Positions 39,801 to 47,438 of a stretch of 62,363 nucleotides of DNA are shown one piece after another. The notes beneath the pieces are model-generated. The model made no database searches and had not been told where the DNA came from. It worked only from the letters and a program-made list of their open reading frames with translations. The translations under genes and the position numbers were made by a program. Numbering within the stretch: the stretch's first letter is position 1; every line of letters starts with the position of its first letter. The DNA comes from Planctomycetota bacterium (lineage in GTDB: Bacteria > Planctomycetota > Phycisphaerae > UBA1845): NCBI GenBank assembly GCA_043806315.1, contig JAZDHF010000044.1, forward strand, positions 1-62,363, given 5' to 3'.

Positions 39801-41046
39801 GGTCTTCGGTCCCCGCCAGGAGGATCTTACGGAGAACACCGTCGAGAACGGCGTCGCGCGGGAGGTCGTGAAGGAGAAGGGTATTCAGTCCATCGCCAAC
39901 GAGCTCGCCGCCGTGCTCCGCGGCATCCGCGGTGCCGTGGACGTTTTCCCCGACCAAATCGTCGGCCGCAGCTACCTGCAGATCGACATCGATCGTGAGA
40001 AAGCGGCCCGCTACGGCGTCAATGTGTCGGAGATCGAGGAAGCGATCGAGGTGGCGATGGGGGGAAAGACGATCACGACCACCGTCGAGGGGCGACGACG
40101 GTTCCCCGTTCGCGTCCGCTACGCCCGCGATTTCTGGCAGACCGAGGACGCCCTTCGACGGGTGCTGGTTACCGGTAGACGAGGGGCGAGCGCCGAAAGA
40201 ATCGCAACCGGAAGCACGACGTCGCCCGCTTCTATGGGTAGGGATAACTCCGCCGCGATGGCCGGCGGCGAGGTCTTCCAGATACCCATCAGCGAAGTGG
40301 CCGACATCAACGTCGTCGAAGGCCCGAGCGTCATCAAGAGCGAAAACGGCATGTTGCGCTCCTATGTGCAACTGAACGTTCGCGACCGCGACATCGTCGG
40401 TTTCGTCGAAGAGGCCCAGCGCGCCGTCGCGGAACAGGTCAAACTTCCCACCGGTTTCTTCATCGAATGGAGCGGCCAATTTGAGCACCAGGTCCGGGCG
40501 AAGAAAACGCTCCAGGTCATCTTTCCGATGGTCGTGCTGTTGATGTTCGTCATCCTCTACATGACTTTCAACGACGTCCGCGATGCGCTGCTTATCATGC
40601 TCTCCGTGCCCGGGGCCCTGATCGGCGGCGTCATCTTTCAGAGCCTCTTCGGCTTCAATTTCAGCGTGGCCGTCTGGGTCGGCTACATTGCCTGTTTCGG
40701 GGAGGCGACACAGACCGGCATCGTCATGCTCGTGTACTTGCACGATGCGATCAACTCCCGCGGCGGGCTTGCGAAGATCGCGACCCCAAGCGAACTCACC
40801 AATGCGATCATCAGCGGAGCGGTCCACCGGCTTCGCCCGAAACTCATGACCGAGGGCGTGGCCATCGTCGGCCTGATGCCCATGCTCTGGGCCACGGGGG
40901 TCGGGGCGGAAGTCATGAAACCGATGGCGGCCCCGGTGCTAGGTGGCCTGTTGGTGGCGGACGAGGTCATCGATCTGCTACTGCCGGTCGTGTTCAATTG
41001 GTACCAGAGCCGCCGTTGGCGCCGCTTACACGCAGTAGTCCCTTGA
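36889..41046 (+). CDS. cusA: Heavy-metal efflux RND pump, CusA/CzcA family (expanded, 1385 aa)
   Basis: The N-terminus is [16 protein letters not shown]...[35 protein letters not shown]. There are 12-TM RND topology blocks, and large extra segments relative to the usual length of about 1040 aa. Confidence 0.9.
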   Translation: [1385 protein letters not shown]

Positions 41047-41220
41047 CCCCTCATCGGAGTTAGCTTATGATCGGGAGCGCATTGGAAGATGTTCAAGCCC
41101 GTCCAACCGGGTTTGGCTTGGCGCGCTGCGCTAGTGCAAGGGGCGTGACCGCGCCAAGAGCGCACTGGGCGCGGCTCCTGTGATGCTCGGGTACGATCCA
41201 AGGTGTGTTGAGATGGTGCA

Positions 41221-41874
41221 ATGGAAGAGCGAACTAAGTCCTTTGATGCGCTAGTTGACTTTCGCAGGCGAACGCCTCTAAGCGAACTCGACGAAGCCAG
41301 GCTAGCGGAGTTCGTCGAATCGCTTCAACTGGACAAAGATGGCTATGACATCGGACGGCGGAAAGAAGCGAGGATATTATCGTTCGCCGGCGGTCAGATG
41401 ATCCTACAAGAAGACGGCACCGCGCACGTCCGGCTCAAGGGGTGGCCATGGGGAAAGGCAGCTACTGTCGTGACCGCATTCATTCGTCAGCTTTGTACCG
41501 TGTATAATTGGGATGCCGACGTCGAAGTATTCCAGCTTTACCTTGATGTTGATCTCGAGGTCGATTTTCCAGATGCTACCTCGTCGGCGCATCTCGAGAA
41601 CGCGATAAAAGCCGATTGGCTGAGCAGGCTTACGCCGGAGGGCGAGACCGCGAGAGCAGCGGGGTTGAAGCTGTTCTTGAGTGACCTCGGCAGCCGTGAT
41701 GAGGACGTTCGTCTTCGCGTTGAGCCCCTCGCGGCTGAGCCGCACTCAAAGGCGTTCGTGAACGTGACAGGGCTTTTCAGCAATACGAGTGTTGCGCAGG
41801 CAAACCAATGCGTGGAACGGCTTGAGAAGATCGCTGCCGCCACCCAATTAACGCTGAAGAATCAGGGCAGTTGA
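41221..41874 (+). CDS. Hypothetical acidic cytoplasmic protein (no recognisable family)
   Basis: 217-aa ORF in an AT-richer tract. Its stop (TGA at 41872-41874) is 1 nt from the ATG of the next ORF. No TM segment or signal, and no motif I can name. Confidence 0.55.
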   Translation: MEERTKSFDALVDFRRRTPLSELDEARLAEFVESLQLDKDGYDIGRRKEARILSFAGGQMILQEDGTAHVRLKGWPWGKAATVVTAFIRQLCTVYNWDADVEVFQLYLDVDLEVDFPDATSSAHLENAIKADWLSRLTPEGETARAAGLKLFLSDLGSRDEDVRLRVEPLAAEPHSKAFVNVTGLFSNTSVAQANQCVERLEKIAAATQLTLKNQGS

Positions 41875-41875
41875 T

Positions 41876-42991
41876 ATGCTTTCATCCGATATTCGTCAAG
41901 ATCCCACTGCCCGTAGGAAGAAGAACACTAAGACCCGGTCGGGCGGATTCGAAAAAACTCAGGAAGTGCAGGCGCTTCCGTCTGGCGTGGACCTTGTTGG
42001 GTTCCTGGCGTTGGAGAATTACGCCCGATGGAAGCGTTCGACAGGATTGGAACCTTCAGAACCGTCAAGGGTTCCGGCTGGCGTAGCGCGCGAGCTAGAC
42101 CGTGGCAATGTGTGGAGAGCCAGGAAGCTCGACCTGCCAAGCGGTTCCACGGGTGTATTCGACTACGAGGATTACTCTGACCGTAACATTCCAAGCTACG
42201 AGCTCCCTCCCGCAAGAGATCGGTTTGTTCGCGGGAAAATTCCCAAGCGGGCCCGTCCGTCGACCGGGTTCGTCGGGCAGAACTTGACGCTCACAGAGTA
42301 CATCGCCTTGACCCAGCAGCAGAAGCTCGACCTACAACTTGATGTGCTGGAGGCGAACAGGGAGTGGATCCAGCAGACATTCCAACAGACGGGTGCCGCA
42401 TGGTTCATGGTAGTCGATGGGGAAGTAGTAGGATCCTCGACTGATATCGACGAGTATCCTCAGGAGGCCGCTGTATTGCAGATTTGCCAGCGGAGAGGCA
42501 AATTCCCTTTCATATTCACGGACGATCGTCGCTTGCTGGTTGAGGAAAACTCTTCACCCTGGTCCAGAACAGAGAATCCGGGCGACACCTACCCTACAGT
42601 GAAAATTGCGATACGCTCGGACGATTCGGCTCTCAGTTGGACCGCGGATTTTGATACGGGTGCCGGTATCGATTTTTTCGACCTCGGTCGATTGGAGTCT
42701 TGTGCTTTGATCGAGATCCTGTCCACGGACGTCCCGCAGCGCGGCCGCCATCTGGATATGGAGTACTGGTACTTCTGGAAGCTCCTCCTCATCGGGCTAG
42801 TGCCAGCTGCCGGTCCCGCGCGTTATCCGCCCTCTCCGGTGAACGTCAGGTGCGTGTTGAAGTGGGACGAGAGCCCGTGGGTGAAGATCAATCCCGATCG
42901 CTCGGCGCTGATGGGACGTCGCCTTTTCCACATGCTGCAACCAGCCGTCATCCTCAGGTTCGCCACGCAAACAACAGACATCATATTCTGA
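41876..42991 (+). CDS. Unknown N-terminal region + DUF5678-like segment + retropepsin-like (clan AA) aspartic protease domain
   Basis: GAAWFMVVDGEVVGSSTDIDEYPQEAAVLQICQRRGKFPFIF looks DUF5678-like. It is followed by YPTVKIAIRS...WTADFDTGAGIDFF (a D-T-G-A active-site motif) and a C-terminal ALMGRRLFHML, like the ILG-x-D-x-L flap-end motif. Confidence 0.6.
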   Translation: MLSSDIRQDPTARRKKNTKTRSGGFEKTQEVQALPSGVDLVGFLALENYARWKRSTGLEPSEPSRVPAGVARELDRGNVWRARKLDLPSGSTGVFDYEDYSDRNIPSYELPPARDRFVRGKIPKRARPSTGFVGQNLTLTEYIALTQQQKLDLQLDVLEANREWIQQTFQQTGAAWFMVVDGEVVGSSTDIDEYPQEAAVLQICQRRGKFPFIFTDDRRLLVEENSSPWSRTENPGDTYPTVKIAIRSDDSALSWTADFDTGAGIDFFDLGRLESCALIEILSTDVPQRGRHLDMEYWYFWKLLLIGLVPAAGPARYPPSPVNVRCVLKWDESPWVKINPDRSALMGRRLFHMLQPAVILRFATQTTDIIF

Positions 42992-43002
42992 CGTAGCCTC
43001 AG

Positions 43003-43227
43003 GGCGTACATCGACTGCGACCGCAACACATGACCGAGGGAACCACGATCATCGGCCTGCTGCCCATGCTCTGGGCCACGGGCGTGGGTGCTGAGATTAT
43101 GAGGCCGATGGCGGCCCCGGTGCTCGGCGGCTTGTTGGTCGCAGACGAAGTGATTGACCTGCTGCTTCCCGTCATCTTCAACTGGTACCAAACGCGGCGT
43201 TGGCGAAAACTCCATCCATCGGCGTAA
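43003..43227 (+). pseudogene. Orphan 3'-terminal fragment of a cusA/czcA gene (last ~74 codons)
   Basis: [74 protein letters not shown] parallels the end of the intact CusA ([22 protein letters not shown]...[16 protein letters not shown]). It begins 11 nt after the stop of the preceding ORF, with a stop codon just upstream in frame. Confidence 0.85.
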
Positions 43228-43590
43228 CCTCGGAAAGTTGAGCCGACAGTTTGTTGTCGGGCGGCACCCTCGAAACAGCGAGTGGGGTCGTGTTCACGCC
43301 GCGACAGAGAGTACATGGCCCGAGCGTGGGCAAGTCACGGCGCGCCGCGCAAGATGAGTTTCGCGGTGCCGGGTGCGAGGGTAAGTAGGCCCAAAAACAA
43401 GTGAAAAGTGATCAATCCACTCCGCTGAGTTCCGCGCGACGCTTCTTCCCCACCAATGGAATCTTCCGATTTGTCGCGTGCCTAACGAATCACCAAACGG
43501 AGTGAACCCGCACAAGACATCGGGGCGTGAGCGGCAACGTCCAGGTCTCGCGACCCGCGGCGCAGCCCAACGCCTGCGGGTCGGAAACGG

Positions 43591-44529
43591 TCATTCACTC
43601 GGCCCCCTTGTCTTCAGCTCGCGTCCCGCGTCCGGCCTGGAGGTGGCGAGAACGATCCCGACGATCAGCAGCGCCGACCCGACGGCCACCCATCCGCTGA
43701 GGCGCTGTTGAAACCAAGCCGCCTCCACCAGGACGGTGATGAGGAAGTGGGCGTTGGTCACCACCGACGAGCGGGTGACGTCGTATCGGGCCGTGACGAG
43801 ATACCACAGAAGGTAGTTCGTGTAGGCGGTAAGGAGGGTGATGAAGCCGAAGCCCGTCCACCCCCGCCACGTCACGCGAGCGATATCGAACGTCGATAGA
43901 TCGAACCACAGACCGTCCGCGACGACCAGGGGGATTTGCCAGACGGTTCCGATCACGAACACGGCCGTCAGGGTTTGGACGGCCCCCAGCTCCCTGACCA
44001 GCGGCTGACTGAGGACCGCGAAGACCGACCAACTCACCGCCGCCGAGAGGAGCAGGCCGTCCCCGATGATCAGACTGAACCCCAATCGCGCGGGTTGGGA
44101 GACGGCCGGTCCGGTGGACAGGTCCACCACCGTCGCGCCCGCAAAGGCCGACAACGAGGCCAAGGTCATCCGCAGGCTCAGCGTCGTGCGCCGCAGAGCG
44201 AGGGAAATCCAAAACACCAACAGCGGCACAAGGGCGTAGGCGATCGCGGCGTGGGAGGCGCCGGCCAGTTTGATCCCAAACAGAAAGCCGGTCTGGTTGA
44301 TCGGCACACAAAGCGCCCCGAGGACGATGAGCACGCGCCGTTGGGAGGGCGTAATCGACCACCGCAGTCCCATCGCCCGGCCGGTCAACAGCAGCAGCAC
44401 CCCGGCCGATCCGAACCGGCAAAAGGCCAGCGTCAGCGGGGGCAGCTCCGCCGTCGCCATCCGGGCCGCGATCGGCGTCAAGCCGGCGATCAGTGTCGTG
44501 GCCGCAAGCAGGGCATAGACGTTCCACAT
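43591..44529 (-). CDS. DMT-superfamily (EamA-like) transporter
   Basis: 312 aa, about 10 TM helices and a two-fold EamA-like repeat organisation. Confidence 0.75.
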   Translation of the reverse strand: MWNVYALLAATTLIAGLTPIAARMATAELPPLTLAFCRFGSAGVLLLLTGRAMGLRWSITPSQRRVLIVLGALCVPINQTGFLFGIKLAGASHAAIAYALVPLLVFWISLALRRTTLSLRMTLASLSAFAGATVVDLSTGPAVSQPARLGFSLIIGDGLLLSAAVSWSVFAVLSQPLVRELGAVQTLTAVFVIGTVWQIPLVVADGLWFDLSTFDIARVTWRGWTGFGFITLLTAYTNYLLWYLVTARYDVTRSSVVTNAHFLITVLVEAAWFQQRLSGWVAVGSALLIVGIVLATSRPDAGRELKTRGPSE

Positions 44530-44725
44530 CGGGGGTACGGTAGTAACTCGCGGGCCGACACGACAGGGGCCGTTGTGCGAGGCCGGCCTGCGTTGGAACG
44601 CGGCTATGCCGCCGGCCTTACGCCTCGGGTCCCAAGGGCCTTGCGGCCTCTCCCGGTGGGGCGAGGACCCGAGGGCGACGGCCTTAAACGGCAGGCCGGC
44701 AAGGCCCGACCTGTACTTGTCACTG

Positions 44726-44743
44726 ATGCCACAAGTGTGGCAT
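44726..44743. promoter_or_regulatory. Perfect palindrome ATGCCACA-AG-TGTGGCAT (candidate operator)
   Basis: An 8+2+8 inverted repeat in a locally AT-richer stretch, about 200 nt upstream of the DMT transporter start. Confidence 0.3.
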
Positions 44744-44869
44744 ATTAGGCAAATGGAAAACCTGCGAATCGTGGACGAAACAGCCGGGACGAAGTATGGG
44801 ATGCCGGCGGGTTCGCGCAGCCGTCGAAGAGGCCGCCCGCCGGTCAGCGCGCGAATCCGCTGCGTGCGG

Positions 44870-45625
44870 TTACGACCGGCTGGCGATGGCCGCCGCGAGC
44901 GGGTTCACGAAGCTGGGGACCACCTTGTCGGTGGCGAGCTCGTCGGCGGTGTCGAACAACGAGGGCAGCACGTCCGCCGGCGACGAGGCCCCGTTCATGC
45001 CCCAATACTTGCGGAGGGTCAGGAAGACGCTGATCGGCTCGCCGTCGAAGTTGCCGCTGCGGACCTCGAAGGTGGAGGTGCGCGACTTCACTTCGACGTA
45101 GGCCTGCAAGTCGCACTCCGGCGTAAGAGCGATGCCGAAGTAGGGCTGAGCGTCGATGATGTGCGTCGCCTGGTCGCCGAACAAGAGGCCCGCGGCTGCG
45201 TGCTCGCCGCAGAGCGTCTCGGCCACAAGCTGGTCATGGTTGCCGCGATAGCGCAGGTCGAACCCGTAGATCAACTCAAGGTGGTCGTAGGCCAGGTCGC
45301 TGAAGGTCAGGTGATACGGCGCTTGGGCGAGGATCAACCCGCCGAACCGGCGGACGGCGTCCAGGTCGGGCGGGGCGAAGTGCCCGAAGCGCAGGCTGCT
45401 CGCGTCCAGCCGGATCCAGCGGCGCGAGCCGTGCTCATCGGCCTCGTCTTCCAGGGTGAACGCGCCCGCCTCTCGACGCCGCAGCTTGCGCAGCGTCGGG
45501 TACTCCTTGCGGATGCGGTCGAAAAAGTGTAACACCGCCTCCGGCTCAAGGCTCATCTCGAGCTTGAGGAAGAGGCGACTGCTGACGTAGAAGTCGTCGC
45601 AAACCGCGCCGTAGCCGTTGCTCAT
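44870..45625 (-). CDS. Hypothetical protein (no recognisable family)
   Basis: 251-aa ORF with ordinary composition and an ATG start. The overlapping + strand ORF 44573..45532 is Arg/Gly/Val-rich, as expected for an antisense frame. Confidence 0.6.
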   Translation of the reverse strand: MSNGYGAVCDDFYVSSRLFLKLEMSLEPEAVLHFFDRIRKEYPTLRKLRRREAGAFTLEDEADEHGSRRWIRLDASSLRFGHFAPPDLDAVRRFGGLILAQAPYHLTFSDLAYDHLELIYGFDLRYRGNHDQLVAETLCGEHAAAGLLFGDQATHIIDAQPYFGIALTPECDLQAYVEVKSRTSTFEVRSGNFDGEPISVFLTLRKYWGMNGASSPADVLPSLFDTADELATDKVVPSFVNPLAAAIASRS

Positions 45626-45635
45626 GGCCGACCTC

Positions 45636-45968
45636 TCCTTCGAGACTCAGGACGAGTTTCGGACGGACGCTCCACTGGGTTGTGGCGCCGGCTTCCAGCC
45701 GGTGAGAACACGGGCTGGAAGCCCGTGCCACGCTGCCGCCTCATTATTAGTGAAGTCGCGAGCGATTTCAACCGTCCACCGTTCCTTCGAGACCTGAGCG
45801 GCGAAGGGTCAGGACAGGTCCGGGTCGGGGATGACGGGGCTCCGGTCCTTCGAGACTCAGGACAAGGGTTGCCAAGACCGGTCGCTGCGGGAATCATACA
45901 GCCGATCCACTTGGTTGTGGCACCGGCTTCCAGCCGGTGAGAACACGGGCTGGAGGCCCGCGTCACAC
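45636..45968. repeat. Composite repeat array: three TCCTTCGAGACTCAGGAC(A/G)AG-type motifs plus two copies of a GGCTTCCAGCC-loop-GGCTGGA(A/G)GCC hairpin
   Basis: Motifs lie at 45636-45656, 45782-45818 (interrupted) and 45846-45866. Hairpins with conserved flanks (TTGTGGC(G/A)CCGGCTTCCAGCCGGTGAGAACACGGGCTGGA..) lie at 45690-45723 and 45925-45958. Confidence 0.8.
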
Positions 45969-46022
45969 CGCCGACGCAACGATGGGCTGCGGGCGGACTT
46001 TCGACCGAAGAAGGAGGACTCC

Positions 46023-46631
46023 GTGGCTGAAGCGAAGCGCTATCCGTCGATCTTGATGTTCGGATGTCCAGGCTCGGGTAAGGGCACGCAGGGGGTGGCG
46101 CTGGGGGCCATGCCGAACCTAGTGCACCTGGCCATGGGCGACATCTTCCGCGGGCTGGATAAGACCTCGGAGATCGGCAAGGAGTTCCTTTCCTTCTCCA
46201 CGAAGGGCCTGCTGGTCCCCGACGAACTGACCGTGCGGGTCTTCCGGCAACACGTCGAACAACTTATCGCCGCGGGCCGGATCGACCCGGCGTACCACAC
46301 GTTGATCCTCGACGGGATTCCGCGCACGCTGCGTCAGGTCGAGTTGCTGGCCGACGTAATCGAGGTGAAACGCGTCGTTTATCTTATGATCGAGGACCGC
46401 GATGCGCTCATCGCCCGGCTGGCCAAGCGGGCGGCGAAATCGAACCGCCCCGACGACGCCGATCGTGCGGTGATCGAGAACCGCATCCTGGTGTACGAAC
46501 GCGAGACGCACCCCGTGCTCGATGCGTATCCGAAGAAGCTGCTCGCCCGGGTCAACGCGGACCAGCCGCCGCTGGGCGTCCTGCGCGACGTGGCCGATTG
46601 CCTGGTCGGATACGTGTCGGCCAAGATTTAG
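46023..46631 (+). CDS. adk: Adenylate kinase
   Basis: P-loop FGCPGSGKGTQG. The GTG start at 46023 is preceded by AAGGAGG with 5-nt spacing. About 202 aa. The longer 45831 start runs through the repeat array. Confidence 0.8.
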   Translation: MAEAKRYPSILMFGCPGSGKGTQGVALGAMPNLVHLAMGDIFRGLDKTSEIGKEFLSFSTKGLLVPDELTVRVFRQHVEQLIAAGRIDPAYHTLILDGIPRTLRQVELLADVIEVKRVVYLMIEDRDALIARLAKRAAKSNRPDDADRAVIENRILVYERETHPVLDAYPKKLLARVNADQPPLGVLRDVADCLVGYVSAKI

Positions 46632-46857
46632 GGCCGGAACTTACGGCGAGGCGAGGCCTCCGGGAGCATGTCGCCCACCCCTCCGGCCGTCAAACGGGCG
46701 GGGGAGGGCAGCCGGGGCGCCCTGACCGCTCATGGGCTGGCGAGTTTCGAGCGGGCGTGTTACCCTTGCGGACTGGCGACCAACGTGGCGCCGAACGGTC
46801 GGGGGAGGTTGTCCCCCGGACGATCTCGCGAGGGTCTTTTCGAGTGGGAGAAACTAA

Positions 46858-47400
46858 ATGCGTACGAAGACATTGACGACGATGGGGCTTATGGCCATTG
46901 CGTGCCTTCCGTTGGCCGGTTGCCCGCAGGTTCGGATTCCCGTGGAGTTCAGTTTAGCGGGAGGTCTGGGGACGTTCGCCGTGACGGCTGGCGAGCCGAC
47001 TCAGAACCGCGGGACGGGGTCGCTGGCTGATACGCAGATCAACATCGGAAGTGCCACGATGAAGATCGACCCGTCCAACATCACCATCACGCCGGCCAAT
47101 GGCGGCGGCGGCAAGGGGACGGTGAACCTGCAAGCCGGCGGGACCCTGGTGGTCAGCGCTTCAATCGCCTCGGCCGATGCGGTCGATACGGTGTGCGAGA
47201 GCGGCGAGAAGTACGGCCCGTTCGATATCGCGCTGGACGTCAACTACCAACCGGTGTCCGTCGATCCGTCAAGCGTGACGCTCAGCCAGAACACGATCGA
47301 CCTGATCAACGGCGGCGAGTTCAGCCTGTGCATCGAGGTCACCTCGCCGATCGACGGAACGGTGACCATCGCCGCCCTGAGTTTCAGCCTCGGGCTGTAG
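46858..47400 (+). CDS. Small lipoprotein (hypothetical)
   Basis: Signal plus lipobox MAIACLPLAGC, 180 aa, beta-rich Gly/Thr/Ser composition. Confidence 0.6.
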   Translation: MRTKTLTTMGLMAIACLPLAGCPQVRIPVEFSLAGGLGTFAVTAGEPTQNRGTGSLADTQINIGSATMKIDPSNITITPANGGGGKGTVNLQAGGTLVVSASIASADAVDTVCESGEKYGPFDIALDVNYQPVSVDPSSVTLSQNTIDLINGGEFSLCIEVTSPIDGTVTIAALSFSLGL

Positions 47401-47438
47401 ACCCGAGTTCGTACTCGGATTAGGTCCGCAACGCGAAA

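Noticed and set aside
43230-43590. Possible gene or RNA in the AT-richer tract after the orphan cusA fragment
   Set aside because: It contains only short ORFs with no motifs and no tRNA-like fold that I could draw. I treat it as non-coding remnant DNA belonging to the insert.
45546-45966. Small ORFs encoding ..RASSPCSHRLEAGATT.. (61 aa and 114 aa) and the 45831 start of the adk ORF
   Set aside because: They are translations of the repeated GGCTTCCAGCC hairpin and TCCTTCGAG motifs. The near-identical peptides arise from repeat DNA, not genes. adk has a GTG start with a good SD at 46023.
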